64,000 bases of DNA from Pseudomonadota bacterium (lineage in GTDB: Bacteria > Pseudomonadota > Gammaproteobacteria > UBA1113). The translations under genes were made by a program, and so were the position numbers. A model generated the notes under the pieces. That model ran no database searches. It was not told the DNA's origin and saw only the letters and a program-made list of their open reading frames with translations. Every line of letters begins with the position of its first letter. Positions within the stretch are counted from its first letter, which is position 1. Location of the stretch: the NCBI GenBank assembly GCA_021782495.1, contig JAJXUV010000009.1, positions 8,184-72,183 of the forward strand, in the 5' to 3' direction. Shown piece by piece: positions 20,644-32,848 of the stretch.

Positions 20644-21890
20644 ACACTGCTCACACGTCTTCTACTCGATTCAGCCCTGCCGATATCGAAAAAATTCGGG
20701 CCGATTTCCCGATTTTAAAAATCCGCGTTAAAGATCATCCGCTGGTGTATTTAGACAACGCCAATACCTCACAAAAACCCCAGTGTGTTATCGATGCATT
20801 AAAAGAGTATTATCAAGATTACAATGCCAACATTCATAGAGCCGTGTATGAAATCAGTGAACGTGCTACCGCAGCTTATGAAGCTTCACGGACACGTGTG
20901 GCACAATTCTTAAATGCTTCGGGCAACAACGAAATCGTGTTTGTCAAAGGCACCACAGAAGCCATTAATTTGGTTGCGCAATCCTATGGCAGACCGCGCC
21001 TTAAACCTGGAGACGAAGTGTTGATCACCGCTTTAGAACACCACTCTAATATTGTTCCCTGGCAATTGGTCTGCGAACAAACGGGTGCCACTTTGAGGGT
21101 TGCGCCAATCAATTTGCAAGGCGAAGTGATCGTGGAAGAATACGAACGCGCTTTGTCGGAAAAAACCAAAATCGTCGCCGTAGGACACATTTCCAACGCA
21201 CTCGGCACCATCAATCCCATTGCAGACATGATCGCCAAAGCCCATGCAGTGGGCGCTGTGGTACTAATCGATGGCGCTCAAGCGGCGCCGCACACTCCCA
21301 TCGATGTGCAAGCCTTAGATTGCGATTTTTATGCCTTTTCTAGCCATAAAATTTATGGACCTACCGGTCTTGGTGTATTGTATGGAAAAAAAGCCTTGCT
21401 AGAGGCCATGCCACCTTATCAAGGCGGCGGTGAAATGATCAAATGGGTGAGCTTTGAAAAAACACTCTATCAAGATCCGCCTTATAAATTTGAAGCCGGC
21501 ACTCAACACATCGAAGGGGCCATTGGTTTAAAAGTGGCTTTGGATTATCTCTGTCATTTGGGTTTAGACGCCATCGGCCATTATGAACAAGAATTATTGT
21601 ATTACGCCACAAACCTCGCCCGTGAACATCGATTGAATATTATCGGCGAGGCTTTGCATAAGGCCAGTATTCTTTCTTTTACTTTGGATAATATCCATGC
21701 GCACGATGTGGGAACCATATTAAACCATTATGGCATTGCTGTACGGGCAGGTCACCATTGCGCCCTGCCCGTCATGGAATTTTTCCATGTACCTGCCACC
21801 CTCAGGGCTTCTTTTTCTTTTTACAATACGAAGAGTGAAATTGACTGTTTATTTGAAGCCTTACGCAAAACTCGGGAGATGTTTAAATGA
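20640..21890 (+). CDS. sufS: Cysteine desulfurase SufS
   Basis: VYLDNA, FSSHKIYGPTG, VRAGHHCA. Confidence 0.97.
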   Translation: MNTAHTSSTRFSPADIEKIRADFPILKIRVKDHPLVYLDNANTSQKPQCVIDALKEYYQDYNANIHRAVYEISERATAAYEASRTRVAQFLNASGNNEIVFVKGTTEAINLVAQSYGRPRLKPGDEVLITALEHHSNIVPWQLVCEQTGATLRVAPINLQGEVIVEEYERALSEKTKIVAVGHISNALGTINPIADMIAKAHAVGAVVLIDGAQAAPHTPIDVQALDCDFYAFSSHKIYGPTGLGVLYGKKALLEAMPPYQGGGEMIKWVSFEKTLYQDPPYKFEAGTQHIEGAIGLKVALDYLCHLGLDAIGHYEQELLYYATNLAREHRLNIIGEALHKASILSFTLDNIHAHDVGTILNHYGIAVRAGHHCALPVMEFFHVPATLRASFSFYNTKSEIDCLFEALRKTREMFK

Positions 21891-21894
21891 ACCA

Positions 21895-22071
21895 TAACTG
21901 CTCACATCACTTTTCAAGAGAAGCCCTTATTTGGCGCATCTTGGGCGTAATTTCTCAGGGAAAAATGCTCATTTACCGCAGTGTAAACTCCGCTTTTTTG
22001 CCTCGAAATTCCACGCAACCTGCATCCAAATCTGTGCTTCACAGTACTCGTAGATATGGAGAATAATTATA
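21895..22071. repeat. Long imperfect palindromic insertion (family C) between sufS and sufU
   Basis: Symmetry centred on gctcatttac-cgcagt-gtaaactccgc; aaatgaacca repeated at 21885 and 22072. Confidence 0.7.
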
Positions 22072-22073
22072 AA

Positions 22074-22541
22074 ATGAACCACGACGAATTAAGTGAATTG
22101 TACCAAGAAGTCATTATGGAGCATAACCACCATCCCCGTAATTATGGGGTCTTGCCGAATGCTAATCATCAAGCTGCTGGTTTTAATCCTTTGTGCGGCG
22201 ATAGAATCAATTTAAAATTAAACATCGACCAAGACGATAAAATCACGGCCATCATGTTTGAAGGCAATGGCTGTGCGATTTCGATTGCTTCAGCTTCCTT
22301 GTTAACCGAAATGGTGCAAGGCAAACCTGTCGCCGAAGCTTATGGTTTATTCGAACAATTTCACGAATTATTGACGGGAAAAACGGTTAACACCGCTTCT
22401 TTGGGAAAACTCACGGTACTGGCCGGTGTGAATGCGTTTCCAGCACGTGTCAAATGTGCTACTTTAGCTTGGCATACTTTAAAAGCCGCCTTAGCCGACG
22501 ATGCAAGCACCGTTTCAACGGAGACTGGCAATGACCTCTAA
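22074..22541 (+). CDS. sufU: SufU (NifU-like) sulfur-transfer protein
   Basis: LYQEVIMEH, NPLCGD, GCAIS, RVKCATLAW; in-frame alternative start at 22056. Confidence 0.93.
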   Translation: MNHDELSELYQEVIMEHNHHPRNYGVLPNANHQAAGFNPLCGDRINLKLNIDQDDKITAIMFEGNGCAISIASASLLTEMVQGKPVAEAYGLFEQFHELLTGKTVNTASLGKLTVLAGVNAFPARVKCATLAWHTLKAALADDASTVSTETGNDL

Positions 22542-22854
22542 TGCCCACGCTGAATTAGAAAAACGGATTATTGACGCTTTGAAGGAAATTTACGATCCGG
22601 AAATTCCCGTTAATATTTATGACTTAGGTTTAATTTATCGCATTGAAATCGACGAAAATGCCATCGTTCATTTAGACATGACTTTGACAGCACCTGGTTG
22701 CCCCGTGGCCCAAACTTTTCCCATTCAAGTGGCCGACGCCATTCGTGCAGTCGAGGGCGTTGCTGATGTCGAATTGGAAATGGTCTGGGATCCACCTTGG
22801 TCGGTCGAGCGCATGACTGAAGAAGCCAAAGTAACCTTGGGGTTTTTTGATTAG
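22531..22854 (+). CDS. DUF59/SufT-MIP18 Fe-S assembly protein
   Basis: DPEIPVNIYDLGLIY, MTLTAPGCPVA, VWDPPW. Confidence 0.92.
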   Translation: MTSNAHAELEKRIIDALKEIYDPEIPVNIYDLGLIYRIEIDENAIVHLDMTLTAPGCPVAQTFPIQVADAIRAVEGVADVELEMVWDPPWSVERMTEEAKVTLGFFD

Positions 22855-22865
22855 GGAGCAATAAG

Positions 22866-23183
22866 ATGGCATACCGTTGGCTAAGCGTTTGCGCTAAAAC
22901 CGCTATCCCCGTCGGAGAATGGATCACCTTCGATACCGGCGTAGAAGAATTGTTGATCGTCAATCTAGACGACGACATTTATGCCATACAAGATTTGTGT
23001 ACACACGACGGCGGCAATTTGGCGGATGGGGAATTAGACGGCGATGAAGTCGTGTGTCCTCGCCATGGGGCCCGTTTCTGTGTCAAAAACGGCAAGGTCA
23101 CCACCCCACCCGCCTATGAAGACATCAAAGCTTTTCCCACCCGAATTCAAAATGGGATGATTGAGGTGCAGGTGGAAGTATAG
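22866..23183 (+). CDS. Rieske-type ferredoxin
   Basis: CTH...CPRHGARF. Confidence 0.92.
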   Translation: MAYRWLSVCAKTAIPVGEWITFDTGVEELLIVNLDDDIYAIQDLCTHDGGNLADGELDGDEVVCPRHGARFCVKNGKVTTPPAYEDIKAFPTRIQNGMIEVQVEV

Positions 23184-23207
23184 AAATTTTGGCCTAAATA
23201 CTTTCCG

Positions 23208-24260
23208 CTAATTTCTGGAAAGCGGACATTCTTTTTCATGACGAATTAACCACTGCTTCCTATTCAATCCACCACCATAACCGCCAAGTTCTCTATTCTC
23301 GTTAATCACGCGATGACAAGGAATAATAATAGCAAGTTGATTTTTGCCATTGGCATTGGCGACGGCACGAAAGGCTTTGGTATGGCTAATGGCTTTTGCA
23401 ATGTCGAGATAAGAGCATGTTTTTCCAACGGGAATTGCTCTCAATGCGTCCCAGACAGATTTTTCAAAATCTGAGCCTAATAGAAAATAAGGGGTTTGAA
23501 ACGTATAAGATCTTCCGGAAAAATAATCTGACAATTCGGCTTCAATCTGATCGGTAATAGCTGTTCTGCCCGGAATGACGCCAATTTTCAGTCTTTGTCG
23601 CAAGCGTTCAATTTCTTTTTCTAAAGCACGCCTATCGATGAATTCCAATAAATACAAATAATCTGTGTCTACTATCGCAATCATGGGGCCCAGCGGTGTA
23701 TCTATCCAATTTGCCAATAACACTTTTCCATCTATTCGGACAGGCGCATCGCCAAGAATTCTGGTGAAAGCATCGCGAAAACCACTGGATGACTCATAAC
23801 CAACCTCAAGTTGAGCATCCATGACTGAGTTTCCCGCTCTAACATGCGCCATGGCAAAACCCATTCTTCTTGATCTGGCATATTCAATAAAAGTCATACC
23901 AAAACGCTTTTTAAATTGCCGTCGAGCTGTAGATTCGTCTATCCCAAGCAACTTAAAATCTCGATCTTTCCACCTTTTTTCAGGGTTATTTTCAACCGCC
24001 TCAATAAGACTTTTAATCACAGAAGATGCTTGATTAGGCAGCAATAAGGGATTACATCGCTTACAAGGACGATAGGCTGCCAGCAAAGCTTCTTTGGCCG
24101 TAGAAAAGAATTCACAATTTTCAAACTTAGGTTTTCTGGCCGGACAAGTCGCATGACAAAAAACACCGGTGGTTTTTACCCCTACGTAAAAAATACCATC
24201 GTACTCTTTGTTTTTTTCCAGCAATGCTTTGTAATAAAAGTGTTTGGTTTTAATATCCAC
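23208..24260 (-). CDS. ada: Bifunctional Ada: Zn-binding/AraC regulator plus O6-methylguanine methyltransferase
   Basis: TTGVFCHATC..RKP, RPCKRC, GYESSSGFRDAF, PCHRVI. Confidence 0.93.
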   Translation of the reverse strand: MDIKTKHFYYKALLEKNKEYDGIFYVGVKTTGVFCHATCPARKPKFENCEFFSTAKEALLAAYRPCKRCNPLLLPNQASSVIKSLIEAVENNPEKRWKDRDFKLLGIDESTARRQFKKRFGMTFIEYARSRRMGFAMAHVRAGNSVMDAQLEVGYESSSGFRDAFTRILGDAPVRIDGKVLLANWIDTPLGPMIAIVDTDYLYLLEFIDRRALEKEIERLRQRLKIGVIPGRTAITDQIEAELSDYFSGRSYTFQTPYFLLGSDFEKSVWDALRAIPVGKTCSYLDIAKAISHTKAFRAVANANGKNQLAIIIPCHRVINENRELGGYGGGLNRKQWLIRHEKECPLSRN

Positions 24261-24440
24261 GATTTGTAAGCCTATCTTTCAGTAAAATATTCGCCATTAT
24301 AAACGTGGCCGAATTTGGGCACCACCGAAAGTCAGGCGCTAAATTTCTACTATGCTTAGTCATACTTTCATTTAACAAAAAAATTCTGTTAATACAACAA
24401 GAAGTTTTGTGGGCATTATTTGTACGAACAGGTTGGAAGT

Positions 24441-26060
24441 TTAAGCGGTAGAAAACCTTTTATAATCTGCATAATCAGACTTTGACTGCTGTACGTTGCC
24501 TAATCGTTCATGCGCTTTTGATCGCAGGAAAAAAGTATTGCTATCTGTTCGATTTAATTCTAATGACTTGTTACATTTTTTAATTACTTTCTCAAAATTT
24601 TCACTTCTGAAGTAGAACCCCGCTTTTTCAGTATAGTAACGCGCGGGCTCTTCTGATTTTAACCTTTTTATAAACTGAAAGGCTTTTTCCGCTTCTCCTG
24701 AGAGCATAAGCATTTTACTATAAAGGGCTATCAAGAAATGTGCCTGTTTTTTCATTAAATTCTCGGGATCGCCTTGAAGGTCTTCTATCATCTTTGGTAT
24801 GTTTAGAACGAGTATTTCTAAAAATAGCGTTGGCAAAAATTTTCTTAATTGTTGATAAACTTCTTTTTGATCCTCTAAACTTACTTTCGCAGAGCCAAAA
24901 CCTTCAAGTGTTAGGTGAGATATAGTTCGCTCTCTCAGTGACCCTTCACTCGAAGGTGTTTTAGGCAATTTCCAATAACAGCCCAAAGGTGTAAAGTTTG
25001 CGCGTCCTTCGTTAACCGTGATAATAAATGCCACTCTCATGGTGGGATCGTAGCTTTTACCTTGCAGTCTCAATTCTTTAGATCCGCAATATTCTTCCAC
25101 TAAAAATACCTTCGATTTGGTTGATCGCCAAGGGCTAATTTCTTCTGATGGATTGTGGTTATCGCACAACAATTTTTTTAACATACCCTCTAAGTCTTCG
25201 GGCTTAACGATAATGACACCTTCACCTCGACTTAAATCGGGGGCTTTTAGAACATAAAAGTCAACCTCAGGGATATCCGCTTTAATCTTATCAGCTAGGC
25301 CATTTTCGTAACCTAATGGGTAAGCTTTACATCGAGGTCGATAGTTTTGACAAGATTGAACAGCCACTTGATGCATCATATATTTGTCACGTGTTACCAT
25401 TTTCCAAGAAACGGAGTTATCCAAAACCAGTATATCTTTATTAGGGATGAGTGGCACCCGTTCTCGCGCTATTTCAAAAAAAACGCCTTTATAATCTGAC
25501 AATTTTCTAGAGGACAATGCCGCTTTGGATGAATGATGCCTTTTTGAAAACGCCTCTAATTCTTTTTTAGCTCTCTCGGGGTCGTCATTAAATACGGTGA
25601 AAAAGGGTTTTATTTTCTCTAAGGCATCTATAAACTTTTTTTCAAGCATAGGGCTTTCAGGATATAAACGATCGTAGCCTGAAAAATTCGATGATAGTCC
25701 CTCGCCAAATTCAAGTAACTTTACTTGCCCCTTGGATGTGAATTTAAGATCCACTATTCCAAATAGAATATGCGCAGACAACTGTAATACATCCAAGTGA
25801 TACCGTGCTTTTTTGTAATTCGGATCTATTTCTAAAGCGCGCCGAAAAGCCGCTATGGCCTCTGGGGTTTGCTTTAACTGGACATAGCACATCCCACGAT
25901 TTAACCATGCTTCTTTGAAACTTTCATTTATTGAAATGGCATTTTCGTAGCACTTGAGTGCCTCTTGATATCGCCCCTCCCTATAAAAAGTATTTCCTTG
26001 CTCTTTTATTAGCTCTTCAGCAGAACCCATGCTTCCTACCATTGTTTTTGAAACAGCCAT
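24441..26060 (-). CDS. TPR - ATP-grasp-like - TPR protein
   Basis: N- and C-terminal TPRs; RDKY, YVLKAPDLSRGEGV, FLVEEY, TMRVAF ATP-grasp-like motifs. Confidence 0.65.
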   Translation of the reverse strand: MAVSKTMVGSMGSAEELIKEQGNTFYREGRYQEALKCYENAISINESFKEAWLNRGMCYVQLKQTPEAIAAFRRALEIDPNYKKARYHLDVLQLSAHILFGIVDLKFTSKGQVKLLEFGEGLSSNFSGYDRLYPESPMLEKKFIDALEKIKPFFTVFNDDPERAKKELEAFSKRHHSSKAALSSRKLSDYKGVFFEIARERVPLIPNKDILVLDNSVSWKMVTRDKYMMHQVAVQSCQNYRPRCKAYPLGYENGLADKIKADIPEVDFYVLKAPDLSRGEGVIIVKPEDLEGMLKKLLCDNHNPSEEISPWRSTKSKVFLVEEYCGSKELRLQGKSYDPTMRVAFIITVNEGRANFTPLGCYWKLPKTPSSEGSLRERTISHLTLEGFGSAKVSLEDQKEVYQQLRKFLPTLFLEILVLNIPKMIEDLQGDPENLMKKQAHFLIALYSKMLMLSGEAEKAFQFIKRLKSEEPARYYTEKAGFYFRSENFEKVIKKCNKSLELNRTDSNTFFLRSKAHERLGNVQQSKSDYADYKRFSTA

Positions 26061-26148
26061 AAAGACAACCCCCCTCTTATGGTTAAATTATGGTTATATG
26101 ATACTCTCTGCATATCATTTTTACAAGTAAAATACCGGTAAACGTCAA

Positions 26149-26604
26149 CTAGTCTATAAACCCATCCGGACTCACCAAATCTATAAAATACTTATAAGGC
26201 ATTTGGATGGCTTCGTTGTACAAGCCTCCATTAAAAACAATGGCGCGATCGGCATGAAATATGCGAGATAGATACACGGGCATGCGATACAAATGGCCGA
26301 AAGGTGGAATGGCCCCTCGTTCACAATCGGCGAAGGCTTTTGCAAATTCTTTTTCTGCCACCAAAAGGACGGCAGGCGTTGCAAAGACTTTTTGTAAACA
26401 GCGAATGTCGATGTGGCTGCAAGCCGGCACGACCAACATGGTCAACACGTCTTTGACTTTAACGATCACCACCTTCGCATATTGATAACCGGAAACGTGG
26501 GTGGCTTCTGCGCTCTCTTGCGCCGTATAAACGGGCATATGCGCGATACTGACATAGTGCGCATGAGAATCGTCCAAATATCGCTGTACAGTGACTGAAG
26601 CCAT
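26149..26604 (-). CDS. YbaK/ProX-family aminoacyl-tRNA deacylase
   Basis: AKVVIV, DCERGAIPPFG, VFNGG. Confidence 0.88.
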   Translation of the reverse strand: MASVTVQRYLDDSHAHYVSIAHMPVYTAQESAEATHVSGYQYAKVVIVKVKDVLTMLVVPACSHIDIRCLQKVFATPAVLLVAEKEFAKAFADCERGAIPPFGHLYRMPVYLSRIFHADRAIVFNGGLYNEAIQMPYKYFIDLVSPDGFID

Positions 26605-26720
26605 AACCTTACCCTCATATTTTCAGCAATCAAATAAGCCTCTTGCTAAAAGTATAGATGCGCCTAGGGCCATTTTGAAACCATTTTTAGGGGTATAATT
26701 GAAGCGTGTTAAGCTAAGGC

Positions 26721-28748
<2,028 letters not shown>

Positions 28749-29085
28749 TCAATACCTTAAAGATAACACTCCATTATTGGTTATGACGAGCGTTTTCATG
28801 AAAAAAAACTTTTTTTTGATAAAAATTTTGTGATTTTTAATAAAAAATATGAAAAAACAGTTTTAATTTCACATTTTTTTACTGTAGAATATCCTTTGTC
28901 AGCTAGAGATGGCACTAAAAAGTGTAAATTTATAAAAAAATTTGTACTTTTTTATCAAAAAACGTGTTGACATAAAAAAAATGTGCTATCTTTAGTGGTG
29001 ATCAGGTTAGGATAATGATTTAGGTCTTAATAAACATTATCTCGTTATCTTAACTTAACTGTAGTGGCAATTAAGGAGAAGACAG

Positions 29086-29748
29086 ATGGCTAAGTCCATG
29101 CGTAAACATAAAGCAGCAAAACCTGCTGCTCACAAGCGTGTCGCTAAAAAGGCGTCACATAAGGTTGCTTCAAAGGTCGCACACAAACGCGAAAGTGCTT
29201 TGAAGAAACAAATGCACAGTGTAGCAAAGAAAGTAGCAGCTGCTAAGAAAGAAGCAGCTAAGAAGATCCTAAAGGTCAAAGCTGCTGCAGCTGCTGAATT
29301 GAAAAAACAATTGGCTGAAGCTTATAACAGAGGCGTCCAAGAAACGGTAGCCTTCTTCAAAAAAGCGGAAGCTGCTTTGTTAAAAGGTGGCAAAAAGACA
29401 ACCAAGCGTACGGCTAAGAAAAAGAGTACTGCTAAGAAGTCAACTGCCAAGAAAAGCACGGCTAAAAAGTCTACCGCTAAAAAAAGCGTGGCTAAAAAGC
29501 CTGTAGCTAAGAAATCAACGGCTAAGAAAAGCACGGCTAAAAAGTCTACTGCTAAGAAAAGCACAGCTAAAAAATCCGTTGCTAAAAAGAGCAAGGCTAA
29601 AAAGCCCACTGCTAAGAAAAGCACGGCTAAAAAATCAGTAGCACGTAAAGCTCGTAAGAGTACTGGCGCTAAAAAACGTACTACCGCGGCCCGTAAATCC
29701 ACGCGTCGTGGTGCTAAGCACCATAAATCGGCTGCTGTAGCAAGCTAG
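29086..29748 (+). CDS. Histone H1-like basic protein (Hq1/Hc2-like) with ~15 AKKST-type pentapeptides
   Basis: Very Lys/Ala-rich; AAGGAG SD; followed by a terminator. Confidence 0.85.
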   Translation: MAKSMRKHKAAKPAAHKRVAKKASHKVASKVAHKRESALKKQMHSVAKKVAAAKKEAAKKILKVKAAAAAELKKQLAEAYNRGVQETVAFFKKAEAALLKGGKKTTKRTAKKKSTAKKSTAKKSTAKKSTAKKSVAKKPVAKKSTAKKSTAKKSTAKKSTAKKSVAKKSKAKKPTAKKSTAKKSVARKARKSTGAKKRTTAARKSTRRGAKHHKSAAVAS

Positions 29749-29776
29749 ACTGCTTTTTTAGTAAAAATGCATAGCC

Positions 29777-29806
29777 AAAAGCCACCGTTTTTAACGGTGG
29801 CTTTTT
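29777..29806 (+). terminator. Rho-independent terminator
   Basis: aaaagccaccgtt-ttt-aacggtggc-ttttt. Confidence 0.85.
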
Positions 29807-29807
29807 C

Positions 29808-30767
29808 ATGCTGTATGAAATGAGTGATTTTTACACGAAATGGGCTTGGGATGTTTTAAGCGACCATGGATATCTAAGCCTAAATCCTATTCCCGAAAAA
29901 ATCCTGGATACCGCTTGGTCTGTGGTTTATCGTTTTGCGACACACCGTGGCGCAATTTACCTTAAAAAAGTTCCTCCCCCACTTTTTCTAGAAGTCCTCA
30001 TTATCAAAATATTAGCAACCCAATTTAAAGCCAAGGTTCCCCATCTCGTTGCAGACAATCCAAAACACCATTGTTTTTTAATGCAGGATGCGGGAATACC
30101 CTTACACGATTTTCTGAAAGAAAACTTCAAAACAGAATGGCTCATTCCAGCCTTGCAGGATTATACAACCTTACAATTAAAAACCATTACTCGCATCGAT
30201 TTCTTGATTGCAGAAGGCGTCCCAGATTGGCGACTTGAAAAATTGCCACAACACTATCGAAGCTTGATCAATGAAGAAAAGCTGTTATTGGCCGATGGCC
30301 TAAATCATCTGGAAATCGAAAAACTCAAAGGCTTAGAAGAAAAATTGCTTTGCATTTGCGAGCAATTATCGAAGTACAACATCCCTGAAACTCTGAGCCA
30401 TTCTGATTTTCACGATAAAAATATTCTAATCAACGCCCAAACACATGAAACCACTTTAATTGATCTAGGCGAAATGTCTATCACGCACCCCTTTTTTTCA
30501 GTGCTCAATTATCTGCACAGAGCCCAAGAAAATTTTCAAATATCGGAAAAACACTATCAATCTATTCAGGAAATGGCTCTTGAACCCTGGCTTTCTTTCG
30601 AGCCTAAAGATCGCTTGTTAGAGATCTTCAACTTAATTCAGCAATGTTGGTCTATTCATGCCGTATTGGGAGAATACCACCTGATCCAAAGCGTAACACC
30701 GCTCCATCGCAAAACCTTAAGCACACAAGGGCGTTTTGCGAACAAGTTGAGGATTTGGATGTTATAA
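29808..30767 (+). CDS. APH/choline-kinase-like phosphotransferase
   Basis: IYLKK, HSDFHDKNIL, IDLGE. Confidence 0.8.
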   Translation: MLYEMSDFYTKWAWDVLSDHGYLSLNPIPEKILDTAWSVVYRFATHRGAIYLKKVPPPLFLEVLIIKILATQFKAKVPHLVADNPKHHCFLMQDAGIPLHDFLKENFKTEWLIPALQDYTTLQLKTITRIDFLIAEGVPDWRLEKLPQHYRSLINEEKLLLADGLNHLEIEKLKGLEEKLLCICEQLSKYNIPETLSHSDFHDKNILINAQTHETTLIDLGEMSITHPFFSVLNYLHRAQENFQISEKHYQSIQEMALEPWLSFEPKDRLLEIFNLIQQCWSIHAVLGEYHLIQSVTPLHRKTLSTQGRFANKLRIWML

Positions 30768-30938
30768 ATAATTTAACCATTTTGAGTGATTTCAGTCATT
30801 TGTCAGCCATTTTGACAAGCAGTATCTCAGACGATTTACGCCAAATAATCCCGATAGTTCACCACAGAAACAGCATACTTATACGGAAATTTATCCCCTT
30901 GATACAAAATTCTGTCAATGCAAATTTAAAGTAGGACT

Positions 30939-31769
30939 TTAAATTTTTAGGGCTACTGACAGCACCGTGTCTAAAAAATTGTCCAATACTTGAGTCACCA
31001 CCTCCATCTGTTCCAGATTGGCAATATGGCCTGCATCCGGAATAATTCTCAATCGGCTATCGGGCATACTCTCTGCCATGATTTTGGCTTCTTTGGGTGG
31101 TCTGGGAATATCGTCTTCTCCCACAACGATCAAAGTGGGTTGCTGAATTTTAGAAAGTTGCGGCAGTAAATCGGGGCGTGTAAAAATCATTTTCCCTAAA
31201 GTAGCCACACCTGGAATCGCTACTGCGGGAATGCGCATCAAATCATCTTTCAGTTGCTCCACCATGACAGGACGATTTTTTACTGTTTTAGGCGATAAAA
31301 ATATCGGTGCAATAATGTTGGCTAGATCTTCTGGAACACCATGATTACTTTCCATCATCGATAACATTCCTAAATATTTTTTCTGAGTCTCTTCAGGTTC
31401 AGCCCCGACATAAGTATCCATCAACACCAAAGCGCGAACGGCTTCTGGATGATCCAACGTCAATTGTGTACCCCACATACCGCCTACCGATAAGCCTATG
31501 ACGATGACTTCATTCAAACCTAGATTTTGCATTAATTGCCAATAATCATCGGCCAATTGTTTTAAGGTATATTCTGTGGCATTCAAATGTCCTGATTGTC
31601 CATGAGACCAGAGATCCGGAACGATACAACGAAAACGCGAAGAAAATACCTCGATTTGCGGCGCCCACATCTGGCTATTCCACAAAAAGCTGTGGCCCCA
31701 TAGAACAGGAAATCCCTCTCCTTCATCCAAATAATGTAGTTCGCGCCCCTTGATGTTCATGGTAGGCAT
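30939..31769 (-). CDS. Alpha/beta hydrolase
   Basis: PDLWSHG, GLSVGG nucleophile elbow, GEDD, AGH; ATG 31769 after AGGAGA. Confidence 0.9.
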   Translation of the reverse strand: MPTMNIKGRELHYLDEGEGFPVLWGHSFLWNSQMWAPQIEVFSSRFRCIVPDLWSHGQSGHLNATEYTLKQLADDYWQLMQNLGLNEVIVIGLSVGGMWGTQLTLDHPEAVRALVLMDTYVGAEPEETQKKYLGMLSMMESNHGVPEDLANIIAPIFLSPKTVKNRPVMVEQLKDDLMRIPAVAIPGVATLGKMIFTRPDLLPQLSKIQQPTLIVVGEDDIPRPPKEAKIMAESMPDSRLRIIPDAGHIANLEQMEVVTQVLDNFLDTVLSVALKI

Positions 31770-31789
31770 GTTATTCTCCTTAATCAAGT

Positions 31790-32740
31790 TCAAGCCATCA
31801 ACAGTTCTTCTTTCTTAGCTTTCGCCTTAACTTCTTTTTGAGGCGTATTTTCTCCTAATGCTTCTAACACCGCCGGTAAAAATGCGGCAAACTCGCCACT
31901 GCATAATACAAATTCTGCGTCGAATTGATCGACCGTGGTTTCAGTGCTCACTTCTTCGGCTTCTTCTTGAATGAGATCGGTAAATTGAACACGCTTGATG
32001 CTAAAATCGTCTTCCAATATAAAATTCAAGCGATCGCGCCAGCCTATTTTCGCTTTGAAGACTTCCTTTCCAGCTAATAAATGCTGCGTGACTTCCTCGC
32101 TGCAAACGTCCTGATTCAAACATTTAATAACATTTTTAGCCTGACGCGGATCGCGCAATTCACAATAATCTTTAAACTCAAAAGCCTCCGGAAGCCTTCC
32201 TTCTATGGCCCATTGCGTCAAAATGCGGCTAATTGAATTTTCAACCTGGATCGGTTCTAATTGCAGCTGCGGCAGCGATTTTTTCAAAAGCACAACGAAT
32301 TCTTCGGCCTTGGTGCGTCGACCCGCATCTAAAATCAACCACTGATGTCTTTTGTCAAAATAAGCATAAGTCACGTCGTTTTTACTAAAAGCTCTGGGCA
32401 ACAAATGCAAAGTCACTTCTTCTTGCAAGGCGCGTTTGTCTCGTTGACTCACTTTCTGCCCTTCTTGTTCTAGTATCGCGATTCTTTGTAAGACTTGTTC
32501 ACGCACCACACTTTGGGGTAACAATTTTTCTTCTTTGCGTAAAGCAATCATCACGCAACCTGCGGCTTCGTGCGTTAATCGGTCGTGACCGACCCCCAAA
32601 GGCGGCGCCCAACCAACGGTTAAATGCTCTAATTGTCCACAAGGCCGGCTGGGTAAATCGGCTAATAAGTCATGTAATTCTTCCGCCGTGTATTCAAAAG
32701 GCGTCAACACTTTATAGGCTAGAATATTTTTAAACCACAT
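31790..32740 (-). CDS. rdgC: Recombination-associated protein RdgC
   Basis: MWFKN, GWAPP, EEKLLP, LLPRAFS. Confidence 0.95.
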   Translation of the reverse strand: MWFKNILAYKVLTPFEYTAEELHDLLADLPSRPCGQLEHLTVGWAPPLGVGHDRLTHEAAGCVMIALRKEEKLLPQSVVREQVLQRIAILEQEGQKVSQRDKRALQEEVTLHLLPRAFSKNDVTYAYFDKRHQWLILDAGRRTKAEEFVVLLKKSLPQLQLEPIQVENSISRILTQWAIEGRLPEAFEFKDYCELRDPRQAKNVIKCLNQDVCSEEVTQHLLAGKEVFKAKIGWRDRLNFILEDDFSIKRVQFTDLIQEEAEEVSTETTVDQFDAEFVLCSGEFAAFLPAVLEALGENTPQKEVKAKAKKEELLMA

Positions 32741-32848
32741 AAAATCCTCTCTTTGTTTGAAGGGAAAATCATAGCATATTTGCTGGCGTAAAACCGGTTT
32801 ACTTGGCTCCTAAAAATCGGTTAAAATTTTATCTTTTGCGAGTCTTCA

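Noticed and set aside
28967-28992. TTGACA...TATCTT promoter for the H1-like gene
   Set aside because: The spacer is only 14 nt; an extended -10 is possible but cannot be called.
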